A stretch of 64,000 nucleotides of DNA from Octopus sinensis (lineage: Eukaryota), in contig NC_043002.1 of the NCBI RefSeq assembly GCF_006345805.1, positions 110,050,001-110,114,000 on the forward strand, written 5' to 3'. How positions within the stretch are numbered: the first letter of the stretch is position 1; every line of letters starts with the position of its first letter. The position numbers and the translations under genes are program-made. The notes beneath the pieces were generated by a model that saw nothing but the letters and a program-made list of their open reading frames with translations, ran no database searches and had not been told where the DNA came from. Positions 38,335 through 50,578 of this stretch are shown in pieces.

Positions 38335-39000
38335 GGAGTAAACAAATAAATGTGAAACAAGGTGGAAAAAAGAGTACTCAAATACCAGTGGTAGAGTAAT
38401 ATGCTTTATTTAAAGCAGCAGAAAATTCAACAAAACCTGTTACTCTGAGTTTCCCGTTGCCATTCATCGGACAGTTTTTGCTAGAATATATATCTCTTAT
38501 TATAAAAGGCAGATTTTATCTGCCTCCCTTTGGGAGTTATACAAATCTACAATATAGGATTTCTTCAATTACAATTTACCTAGCATTTTTAAGAGTACAA
38601 TGCATCGCGTCATGCCAGGTCCAGTTTTTAAAATTTAAACTCCAATTAAGCAAAATTTACAGAAAACTCACATTCTGGTGTGTGTGTCAAATGCTTTTCT
38701 TAGTCTGGTTTACACCACACGCAAACGCACACACACAGTGGGCAACGAATAAAATGAAAGTAATTGACTTACTGTAGTGAGTGATTCTTTCACTCTGCCT
38801 CCCACTTCCTCTTTCCACACATGGACACGCAAATATATAAATAAAATTGTAAGCTAACGTGCGTGTGTGTGAGTGGGTGTGTGTGGGTGTGCGCGCGTGT
38901 GTATGTATGAGGGTGCGTGTGTGTGTGTGCGTGTGCGTGAGTGTTTGACAGGAAAGTTTTTTACGACGAATATAACACCTATATCCAAGTAGCAGAAAGA

Positions 39001-39266
39001 TAAGACAGTAAGGTGTGATTTGAGGGAGATTTGGCTGCTATTTCTACCATGTCTAGCTGCCATGTAGGGGTCTCCCTCATAGGCTCATACATACATATAT
39101 ACATAGATAAGACAGTAAGGTGTGATTTGGGGGAAATTTGGCTGCTATTTCTACCAGGTCTAGCTACCATGTAGAGGTCCCTCTCATTGGCTCATATATA
39201 TATACATACATAAGACAGTAAGGTGTGATTTGAGGGAGATTTGGCTGCTGTTTCTACCAGGTCTGT
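39001..39266. repeat. Tandem ~105-bp unit, 2.5 copies
   Basis: taagacagtaaggtgtgatttg..ttctacca at 39001, 39108 and 39211; the motif also occurs at ~10727. Confidence 0.8.
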
Positions 39267-39629
39267 TAGGCCTTCTCATGTAAACTCAAGCTTTCTCATG
39301 CCTTGAACATAAGACCAAAGCAGAGAATGTATTCTTTTATTCTTCTGCTTTTTCCAGCCATTGGTCTGTGGCCATGCTGGGGCAATGCCTTGAAGAATTG
39401 TAGTTTAATGAATCAACTCCACTTTTATTTTTGTAAGCATTGTACTTATTCTATCTGTTTCCTTTGTCAAACCACTAGGTGACAGGGATGTAAACAAACC
39501 AACATTCATTGTCAAGCAGTGGTGGAGGACAATCACAAGCACAGACACGCACACACACACACATACATGCATACACATATACACACATACATACATACAT
39601 AGATATATATATATGTGTGTATATATATA

Positions 39630-39950
39630 TTGCAGCGTGGAAGGTGTTTGTAAGCCATTTAAGAAACACACAAAAACCGTTACATTCACTTCAACATTTA
39701 AATTTAATTTGCCAAAATATTTTCGTCGCTTTGAGACCGCGACCTGTTCACTGACAAAAATATCGTGCTAACAGGTCGCGGTCTCAAAGCGATGAAAATA
39801 TTTTGACAAATTAAATTTAAATGTTGAAGTGAATCTAACGGTTTTTGTGTGTTTCTTAAATGGCTTATAAACACCTTCAACGCTGCAACTGTTTTCGTTC
39901 CAGCACACGATCTCAGATCAAGTCACTTGCTATGCAAGTACATCTCTGTA
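39630..39950. mobile_element. Foldback element: 119-bp arms, 21-nt spacer, plus one-sided extension
   Basis: 39630-39748 versus 39770-39888; further copies at 41630-41930 and 59281-59575. Confidence 0.8.
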
Positions 39951-40052
39951 ACTATATATATATTTATATATATATATATATATGTATATTGGTAAAAACA
40001 GTAAGATAACAAAAGAAAGAAAGAGACCTCAATATTATGTAAATAGAGGAAA

Positions 40053-40447
40053 TCTTTATATATAAAAGTGAGGTTGTGTGTCTGTCTCCTACGATTTAGA
40101 TTCCTAACTACTCCCACATTTTGCGGTGCAGTTTAACCAAAACCGGGTATCTTATAGTCGTGATTCATATCGAGACCGTCTGGGTATTAGCGCGCGTCTA
40201 CGATGAGTCTACGATTTAAAAAAAAATTTACCATCAATTTTTCCCATTTTTAATCCATTTTTGACATATATAAGGGAAGTAACTCTCTAAAATGTATTAT
40301 TAAATCTCAGAACGTAAAAAGCTACAGTAACACCCCTTCCCCTTTGTGGTTAGCCATATTGAGATGGCTATTATACTTTACATCTCTAAAAATGCTTATA
40401 TAATTATTTCCCTTACAAACCCGAGCAACGCCGGGCGATACTGCTAG
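40053..40447 (+). mobile_element. Non-autonomous Helitron-like element
   Basis: A|TC start, 3' hairpin, CTAG|T end. Confidence 0.8.
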
Positions 40448-41629
40448 TATATTCTAAAGGCGGTGCTCCAGCTTAGCCGCAGTCAAATGACTGAAACAAG
40501 TAAAAGAGTAAAAAGAGTATATATATATACAAACACACGCATACTTATAAATTAATGTTGATAATGAACTCAAGTTTCATCTAACAATTGATTAATAGAC
40601 CAATAGGTGAAATTTGAAGTCTCAGTCAAATGTAATTCCAATAAATTTGACCTTACTAAAAATATTGAGTTCCATTTCAGCAAGTGCTCCATTGTTACCG
40701 TTAATATTTCTTTAAAATAACATTAAAAAATCAATGTGTGCAAACCCCCTCCCCCCACACACACACAGAATTTATCAAAAATAAACTACACTATGACATT
40801 AATAAATCTCCGAACGAGATGTAAACAGTAACCGCTCGACAACGTAAAGTGTACTAGCCATCTCAATGTGGTTAGCCACTGGGGGTGGGTGTTACTGAAG
40901 CTTTTAGCCCCAGGAGATCATCGTCTCCAGCTGGCTTTAGACACACATTCTGTGCCCTTCTGATATTCGCAAAGGGAGGTCATCCCTCTCTCGTAAACCT
41001 AAGTGAAACGTATGGACTATAGTTTCAAGGTTTTTGCCTCTCGTCAACGTACGGTAATCACCAGTTTTCGATAAAGAGAGACCTGTTTGTGAATATCTAT
41101 TTAATGTTTTTCCCAGCATCCACTGTCACTGATTTAGAAAAACTGTCTGAAAGCATTTATAAATCTCCGAACTACACTATGGGAGAACCATAATCCAACT
41201 TTATCTTCCTTCAGATCATTTGTATAGTTTTGTCAAGAGAATTACCATATAGGACTTAGAACTCGTATTTCTGGCTGTCATGTTTTATGTTACTATTTTT
41301 GGCCACCAAAGGGGCACACTACTTTCATGATTTAGTTGTTATCCACTCATTGCAAATAGTAGACAGGCAGATGAAAATTTAACATGCCTTTCATCTTTCT
41401 CGGAGAATTTTTTCATTCAAAGAATTTTAAAATGTTTCTTAATGTTAACAGAGTCGTTAAATATTGTAAGACACTTAGGTGAGGGTTAAGTCTGCTGTGA
41501 GAGGAGTATAATGAAATGATGTGACTTTTCCACATAATTACTGATATAATGTAAGCAATTCTTCATTAGTTTGTACTTATAGTTGGTGATAATTTGGCTT
41601 ATTTTCAATATTTTATTATTAGTAACAAT

Positions 41630-41930
41630 TATTGTAGTGTGGAAGGTGTTTATAAGCCATTTAAGAAACACACAAAAACCATTAGATTCACTTCAACATT
41701 TAAATTTGATTTGCCTAAATATTTTCGTCACTTTGAGACTACAACCAGTTCACTGACAAAATTCCATGCAGCAAATATTTTGGCAAATTAAATTTAAATG
41801 TTGAAGTGAATCTAATGGTTTTTGTGTGTTTCTTAAATGGCTTATAGACACCTTCCATGCTGCAATTGTTTTTGTTCCATCACACGATCTCAGATCAGGT
41901 CACTTGCTATGCAAGTACAACTCCATAACA
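41630..41930. mobile_element. Foldback element, same family as 39630
   Basis: Homologous arms and extension. Confidence 0.8.
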
Positions 41931-42605
41931 ATTATTGTATCTTGCAGATATACACAATTATTGGGCTCCCTAGTCTATGGCACTTCCATCTGATACACAA
42001 ATGTGTAGCGGTCTCTGATATCCTCACTGATTGAGAGACATGGCAGGAATGATCTCGTTTGAGATTACAGCCATCTTTGGCCGAGTTGTTCCTGTTGTGA
42101 CCACTGACCTGATTGGTTGACATGTGGCGCAATTTGTCTCTACTTATTCTGCGCCACTGGCCAAAGCCAACCAATCACGGCCTGTATTAGATGTAGGATA
42201 GTTTTTTGGTACATTTAAAGATAAAACAACACATCTTATATGTCAGCAAATATAGTACACACATGCATACACACATGCATGCACACACACTCACACGTGT
42301 GTGTGAGTGTGTGTATCTGGATGGAGTGTGTGGAAGAGCAAGATCCAGGAAGATATGGAATGAAGTGGTGACAGGTGATCTCAGGGCCTTGAACTTGGAG
42401 AAAATGACAGTATATGGCTCTCCAGAAGACCCACCTACCTTGGTGAAACTGAGATTCTGGAAACACAGTGATTATATGTATGCACAACTTACTCCATGCC
42501 ATTCTCACCTTAAGACATTCCTACCACTCATCATATCTCTAAATGAAAATCTTCTACTGTTATATCAAATATGAACAGAACTGCTTACTCCATCAACCTT
42601 TCCTT

Positions 42606-42990
42606 GATGGAAGCACTCCGTCGGTTACGACGACGAGGGTTCCGGTTGATCCGATCAACGGAACAGCCTGCTTGTGAAATTAATGTGTAAGTGGCTGAGC
42701 ACTCCACAGGCACGTGTACCCTTAAAGTAGTTCTCGGGGATATTCAGCGTGACACAGAGAGTGACAAGGCCAGCCCTTTGAAATACAGGTGCAACAGAAA
42801 CATGAAGTAAGAGTGAGAGAAAGTTGTGGTGAAAGAGTACAGCAGGGATCACCACCATCCCTGCCGGAGCCTCGTGGAGCTTTTAGGTGTTTTAGCTCAA
42901 TAAACACTCACAACGCCCGGTCTGGGAATGGAAACCGCGATCCTACGACCGCGAGTCCGCTGCCCTAACCACTAGGCCATTGCACCTCCA
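42606..42990 (-). mobile_element. SINE family B
   Basis: Full-length homology. Confidence 0.9.
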
Positions 42991-43725
42991 CCTTTCCTTG
43001 ATACCTCTTATCTTTCTCACTATCTGGAACCATTTCTTTTGATATCCATCTTTCATTCATAATACTCTCCTTTACATCCACATTTTACATCCATTACCCT
43101 CCTGAGCTCTCCTCCACCACCATCCACTCCTTCTCCCTATTTGCTATGTTTGTCCCTCACTCTTACAACCTGTCCAACCACATTCCACCTAGCTATCTAG
43201 CTCTCTCACCCTTTCTCCTTCTCTCTGTTTCTTCCCATGTAGTGTATTACTGCTGCTACTACTACTACTACTACTACTACTATTGCAACTCTGCTGCCCT
43301 TTATCCCCTTCTCTGTTACTTGTCCCCTCTCTCCTACTTCCTTCCTAACTCATGTATGACCCCTCAACCCCTCAACCCCTCAACACTTATTCTTCATAAT
43401 TTCACTCTCTCCCTCTACACTTCATAACTAATTTTATTTCTCTCCGGGTTTCATCCCAGTTACTGTTATTTCCTTTTTTCTATAATGTGAGTAACTCCCT
43501 ACAGCAAGAAACCTATTCTGTTCTGGGCCCTTCTCTTTCACTTTAATTTTTCATCTCCTTCTTAACTCTAACCCCTCTCATTTGAAGGGGGTCTTAGTTT
43601 TGCAGGCTTCATGGGGACCTTATTAATGCTGGTGCCATGAAAAAGTACCCAGTACATGCTGTAATGTGGTTGGCATGAGGAAAGGCATCCAGCTATAGAA
43701 TTCATGCCAAAGAAGATATTGGAGT

Positions 43726-44290
43726 ATGTGTCGGTGGCATAAAAAAAACACCATCCGAGCGTGGCTGTTCGCCAGCCTCGTCTGGCACCTGTGTCGGTGG
43801 CACATAAAAAACACCATCCGAGCTTGGCCGTTCGCCAGCCTCGTCTGGCATCTGTGTCGGTGGCACATAAAAAACACCATCCGAGCGTGGCCGTTCGCCA
43901 GCCTCGTCTGGCACCTGTGTCGGTGGCACATAAAAAACACCATCCGAGCGTGGCTGTTCGCCAGCCCCGTCTGGCACCTGTGTCGGTGGCACAAAAAAAA
44001 CACCATCCGAGCGTGGCCGTTCGCCAGCCTCGTCTGGCACCTGTGTCGGTGTCACATAAAAAACACCATCCGAGCGTGGCCGTTCGCCAGCCTCGTCTGG
44101 CACCTGTGTCGGTGGCACATAAAAAGCACCCACTACACTCACGGAGTGGTTGGCATTAGGAAGGGCATCCAGCTGTAGAAACACTGCCAGATCTGACTGG
44201 CCTGGTGCAGCCTTCGGGCTTCCCAGACCCCAGTTGAACCGTCCAACCCATGCTAGCATGGAAAGCGGACGTTAAATGATGATGATGATG
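43726..44290 (+). mobile_element. Young RTE 3' tail with six 63-bp units, nested in an older RTE tail
   Basis: Units spaced ~63 bp; (GAT)n end; flanks 43620-43725 and 44290-44340 resemble an older tail. Confidence 0.85.
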
Positions 44291-44556
44291 CAGTCTTTGG
44301 ACAAGTTGGAACCTGTCAAACTATCCAGCCTATGCCAACTCTGTACTGCAATAAATATGACCTTAACAGGTTGATGCTTGGCAGATGGTTCCAGTGAGTA
44401 TCTGCTCAATGCATATGACAATAATTCCACTTTTTCTAAATCCATGTATCACCAATTCAACATCCCATACTAATGTTAATCACTAACAATAAATTTTATA
44501 ACTTATTCAAAATCCACTAACAAACTTTGATTTAATTAACTGAACAATATTTACCC

Positions 44557-44947
44557 TTTTACTCTTTTACGTATTTCAGTCATTTGACTGCGGCCATGCT
44601 GGAGCACCGCCTTTAGTCGAGCAAATCGACCCCGGGACTTATTCTTTGTAAGCCTAGTACTTATTCTATCGGTCTCTTTTGCCGAACCGCTAAGTAACGG
44701 GGACGTAAACACACCAGCATCAGTTGTCAAGCAATGCTAGGGGGACAAACACATACACACACATATGTATATATACATATATACGACAGGCTTCTTTCAG
44801 TTTCTGTCTACCAAATCCACTCACAAGGCATTGGTCGGCTTGGGGCTATAGCAGAAGACACTTGCCCAAGATGCCACGCAGTGGGACTGAACCCGGAACC
44901 ATGTGGTTGGTTAGCAAGCTACTTACCACACAGCCACTCCTGCGCCT
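44557..44947 (-). mobile_element. SINE family A
   Basis: Full-length homology. Confidence 0.9.
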
Positions 44948-45343
44948 ATTTGTGAATTTAATCTAAACGAATCAGCTGTTCCAGGTTGTATAGTGATATA
45001 GAGATATAAAAACTGCTTTACTATAGTTACATTAATTAACTGCATTGATTAATGAGATTCAATGATATCAACTTCCATAGATTGATAGTAATTTAGTAAC
45101 TGCTATTGATAGCAAGAACATTTATTAACAGCATCACTGTTTAGTAAATTATCATTGTGGTTGAGGAATAAAATGAACCACTCTACATTAACTTGATATA
45201 ACGACTGTACTTCTAGCTATTCTGTAACCTTTTAAGTAACACATTCACTTTCATCTTTAGTAATCTAATTAAGTCCCAGGATGCAGTTGCACTTTAAGAA
45301 GCCCAGATTTAGACAAACAAGGCCAGCATAGTATAAAATACAT

Positions 45344-45728
45344 GGATGGAAGCACTCTATCGGTTACGACGACGAGGGTTCTGGTTGATCCGATCAACGG
45401 AACAGCCTGCTCGTGAAATTAACGTGTAAGTGGCTGAGCACTCCACAGACACGTGTACCCTTAACGTAATTCTCGGGGATATTCAGTGTGACACAGAGAG
45501 TGACAAAGCCGGCCCTTTGAAATACAGGTACAACAGAAACAGGAAGTAAGAGTGAGAGAAAGTTGTGGTGAAAGAGTACAGCAGGGATCACCACCATCCC
45601 TGCCGGAGCCTCGTGGAGGTTTAGGTGTTTTCGCTCAATAAACACTCACAACGCCCGGTCTGGGAATCGAAACCATGATCCTACCACCACGAGTCCGCTG
45701 CCCTAACCACTGGGCCATTGCGCCTCCA
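45344..45728 (-). mobile_element. SINE family B
   Basis: Full length; TSD taaaatacat on both flanks. Confidence 0.9.
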
Positions 45729-45805
45729 TAAAATACATATACTTTTATTAATGAGATGATTCAATATAAACAAAAGGTAAGTGAAAATGATGGATTATAT
45801 ATATA

Positions 45806-46036
45806 TTTCTTTACTACCCACAAGGGGCTAAACACAGAGGGGACAAACAAGGACAGACAAAGGGATTAAGTCGATTACATCGATCCCAGTGCGTAACTGG
45901 TACTTAATTTATCGGCCCCGAAAGGATGAAAGGCAAAGTCGACCTCGGCGGAATTTGAACTCGGAACGCAACGACAGACGAAATACGGCTACGAATTTCA
46001 CCCGGCGTGCTAACGTTTCTGCCAGCTCGCCGCCTT
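45806..46036 (-). mobile_element. SINE family C
   Basis: TSD atgatggattatatat; lies ~25 nt from an exon donor. Confidence 0.85.
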
Positions 46037-46060
46037 CATGATGGATTATATATAACTTAC

Positions 46061-46180
46061 CTACATACTTTTTACCATTGTTAAGTTTATAGCCAAGTCT
46101 ACACTGACATTGGTAGCTTCCTTGAGTGTTTTTACAAATGTGTTGACATCCTCCATTTGATTTGTAGCATTCATTGATAT
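46061..46180 (-). CDS. cbEGF exon [40 protein letters not shown] (Cys6 encoded as Tyr)
   Basis: 120 nt, phase 1-1, acceptor tattctag|, donor |gtaagt; not in the ORF track. Confidence 0.88.
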   Translation of the reverse strand: MSMNATNQMEDVNTFVKTLKEATNVSVDLAINLTMVKSM

Positions 46181-46356
46181 CTAGAATAGGACATAATGCT
46201 GAATAAATAAGCTGATATTGCTATGCACGTATACATGTGTACAATGAGAAACACAGAATATAGTTACAGACAGAAGCTTTTTGGTCACAATAAATACATA
46301 AACTTTACTCTAACTATTTAGCACTATTTCAATCATGTTTGTTTGCCTAAAAGTTT

Positions 46357-46400
<44 letters not shown>

Positions 46401-46500
46401 GACAAGAAAAATTATATGGTCAGAGGAAATGCTTTATGCACAGTAGAAAAAAGTCCATGGGGAGTAGTGAGAAATCTGCAGTTACTCCTTCCAAACAATA

Positions 46501-46715
46501 TACTCTTTACTTGTTTCAGTCATTTGACTGCGGCCATGCTGGAGCACCACCTTTAATCGAGCAACTCGACCTCGGGACTTATTCTTTTGTAAGCCCAGTA
46601 CTTATTCTATCAGTCTCTTTTTGCCGAACCACTAAGTAACGGGGACGTAAACACACCAGCATCGGTTGTCAAGCAATGCTAGGGGGACAAACACAGACAC
46701 ACAAACATACACACG

Positions 46716-46757
<42 letters not shown>

Positions 46758-46923
46758 TACGACGGGCTTCTTTCAGTTTCCGTCTACCAAATCCACTCAC
46801 AAGGCATTGGTCGGCCCGAGGCTATAGTAGAAGACACTTGCCCAAGGTGCTACGCAGTGGGACTGAACCCGGAACCATGTGGTTGGTAAACAAGCTACTT
46901 ACCACACAGCCACTCCTGCGCCT
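46501..46923 (-). mobile_element. SINE family A
   Basis: Full-length homology. Confidence 0.9.
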
Positions 46924-47744
46924 TTATATCTTTAGATTTCTTTAGATTTATATCAGTAATTGGAGCCCTTGCAAACATAGCTAACTGCTTCAGCACCAAC
47001 CATGAGATACTTGGCTTTGTAAAACCAGAAAAAAACATGGTATAATTAGAAAATTACTGTTAAATGTCATTAAAAGCACTGCTCAAATATGAAGTTGTAA
47101 AATATGTATATGTAAAACATTCCAGTTCTTTAGCATGCTTACACACATATGTAGACTTCCAAATATGTTTGTGTAAAACATAGATATATTATAACACAGA
47201 TTCACACATGTAATGACATATACACTTGCTTATGGGCATGCATACACACATACAAACACACTTAAACACCCACATACATATACATACCTACTTGTAAACA
47301 TACATACATACACACATAGATACACACACACACATACACACATATATACATACACACACACACATAGATACATACATACATACATACATACATACATACA
47401 TACATACATGCATACATACATACATGCATGCATACCTACATACATGACTAATCCATACAAATGGAAGGTCTTTGTTTCTGGGTAAGAAACCAGTTCTTTC
47501 TCCATAGGTGATAAAATTCAAAAATAAAAGCAGAATAATATACATACAAATAATGAATATCAAGTGAATGTTTCATTCACATCTTGGATTTGTGTTCTTT
47601 CCCTGACATTTTGTACAAATCTCTTCCATTATAGCATCAGATACAGACAGACATACCTATATTTGTATTTATATCTATATCCATCCATCCATCCATCAAC
47701 CCATCTGTCTCTCCATTCGTCCATCCATCCATCTGTCCATTCAT

Positions 47745-47791
<47 letters not shown>

Positions 47792-48873
47792 CATATGAGA
47801 GGGATGACCACTATGTGGACAACCCTAATGCTAGAAGTAGATCCGCTATGATCTTACCACTAAGAAATGTTCTCTAGAAAATTTAGCAAACACCAGAAAC
47901 GTAAGCGAGCAAGACAAATGAAAAGTAACAAAATATAGTTTAATCATAAACACATGTTTCACCATCAACAATTTACGTAATTTTTCTTACATAATTTATC
48001 TGTAGATCTTCAGTATGATCGTCCATACAAATATAATTTGAAGAACTACACACCAGACATCTGCACGAGGTCGAACATGTATGTAGTTCTACCTATTACA
48101 CAATTTGGCACGCTAAATTACAGGAAATAATACTGCATAAAATAATTCACTGCAGTAGCTTTTGCCGGTTTGAGAATGTCCAATATCCAATTTTTCACCC
48201 TCATTTTAATTATATATATATATGTGTGTGTGTGTAAGTGTATGTGTGTGTGTGTGTATATATATCTTCGTCATCATCATTTAACGTCCATTGTCCATGC
48301 TGGCAAGCTGGAAGGCTGCACCAAAATCCAGTCTGACAGTCTGGTTTGGCATGGTTTCTACAGCTGGATACCCTTCCTAATGCCAATCACTCCGAGAGTG
48401 TAATGAGTGTCTCCACGTACCACTGGCATGGGTGCCATTTGTGTAACAGCAGTATCTGCCATGACTGCGATCCTACTTGGCTTGATGGGTCTTCTTCTCA
48501 AGTACAGCATAATGTCAAAGTCTCAGTCATTCATCATTGCCTCCATGAGGCCCAACCCTGAAAAGGTGCTTTTTACATGCCAGTTATGTGACCCCAGCAT
48601 TAGTCACAATTTCATCTTTTTGAGTCCACTTTCCATGCTGGCATGGGCTGGATCATTTTACAGGATCCATTGAACTGCAGAGCTGCATCAGGCCCCAATG
48701 TCAGCTTTGAAATTGCTAGATGCCCTTCCTAATGTCAACTCCTTTACAGTGTGAACTAGGTGTTCTTTTGTGACTCTGGCATTAGTGAAGTCACCAAAAA
48801 ACTTGCATGACAAAGGAAAGAAAGGAAATGGAAACAGCTCTTTGACTGAGCAGGAGTGTATTTGAGAGAGGAG

Positions 48874-49258
48874 TGGCGGCGCAATGGCCCAGTGGTTAGG
48901 GCAGCGGACTCGCGGTCGTAGGATCGCAGTTTCAATTCCCAGACCGGGCGTTGTGAGTGTTTATTGAGTGAAAGCACCTAAAGCTCCACGAGGCTCCGGC
49001 AGGGGATGGTGGTGATCTCTGCTGTACTCTTTCACCACAACTTTCTCTCACTCTTACTTCCTGTTTCTGTTGTACCTGTATTTCAAGGGGCCGGCCTTGT
49101 CACTCTCTGTGTCACGCTGAATATCCCCGAGAACTACGTTAAGGGTACACGTGTCTGTGGAGTGCTCAGCCACTTACACGTTAATTTCACAAGCAAGCTG
49201 TTCCGTTGGTTCGGATCAGCCGGAACCCTCGTCGTCGTAACCGATGGAGTGCTTCCAT
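48874..49258 (+). mobile_element. SINE family B
   Basis: Full-length homology. Confidence 0.9.
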
Positions 49259-49595
49259 TCCATTCCATTTGAGAGAGGGGAAGTTGGCTTTATGCTAGAT
49301 ATTGAAGGCTAAAGTATGATACGGAAACTAGAACAAGTGTCTGGTTAAGGTGGAGATACATGCTTACCCTGCATTATGAGAGGGTATGTGAGAGATACTG
49401 GAAGGGAGGTAAAGCTAGTGGTGATAGGTTGCCAAGATAAAAGAAGGTGAGTATAAGGAAGACCGTAGACAGTGGAGAAGGAGGGAAGGAAAAGGTGGGT
49501 AGTTCCATAAGAGCGTTAGAGTAGAGTGACAAACGGTTAAAGTTAAACCTAGAGGTGATTGTAGGGGTGCTGAATATGTGTGGATGTATGCTTAA

Positions 49596-49816
49596 CCCTT
49601 TAGCATTCAAACCGGCCATATCCAGCCAAAATATTTAACCTGTTTTATATTGAAACTGACCAGCTCTCACGTCTCACCTCAGCCCTACCATGTCATTCTA
49701 AAACTAAAAAAATCACATCATTGAAATCTCTAAACTAAAAGATAATGCAGGATTAATTCAAAACAATATGAATAAACAAATATCACATTTGAGAGAATAA
49801 TCTGAACACTAAAGGG
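49596..49816. mobile_element. piggyBac-like MITE
   Basis: TTAA|cccttta ... taaaggg|TTAA. Confidence 0.75.
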
Positions 49817-50288
49817 TTAATGGTAAATATCAGCATGGAATGGGAGGTGAGAGAAACAGAAGGGACTCAGGAGAAAGGTGACAAGCAGCAGCATTGGCAG
49901 TACAAAGAGCAGCAAGATCAGAAAGTCGGGAGAGGATTTAATATCTGTTTGGCGGACATCAGTACAAATTAGCAAATAACGTTTGTTGATTTCTATAAAT
50001 AAGAACCAAAATTCCTGTTTAGATTCATTGGTCCAAGGCTCTGAAGAGACACAACCAAGTCTCCTTACCTCAATGAATTGAATATGCTGTGAACACACAC
50101 TATCTGAAAGAAGATGTTCTCCGTAAACAAACAAACAAAAAACAGTGATTAGAATTTGTGTATGTGAATCTGCTGGAATGTATTAAGAATGAACATGTAC
50201 ATCATTGTTTTGATTTTGACCGTTTTCCATGCTTGTGACAATTTATGATGTAAATTATATTTTTATTTAAAAAAAAAATTATTATTTA

Positions 50289-50578
50289 CTAGCAGTATCG
50301 CCCGGCGTTGCTCGGGTTTGTAAGGGAAATAACTATATAAGCATTTTTAGAGAGTTACTTCCCTTATAAAAAATGCATTAAAAATGGGAAAAAATGATGG
50401 TAAATTTTTTTTTAAATCGTAGACTCATCGTAGACGCATGCTAATACCCAGAAGGGCTCGATATGAATCACGACTATAAGATATCCGGTTTTGGTTAAAC
50501 TGCACCACAAAATGTGGGAGTAGTTTGGAATCTAAATCGTAGGAGACAGACACACAACTTCACTTTTATATATAAAGA
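50289..50578 (-). mobile_element. Non-autonomous Helitron-like element (short variant)
   Basis: Reverse complement of the 28034-type element, with an internal deletion. Confidence 0.8.
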
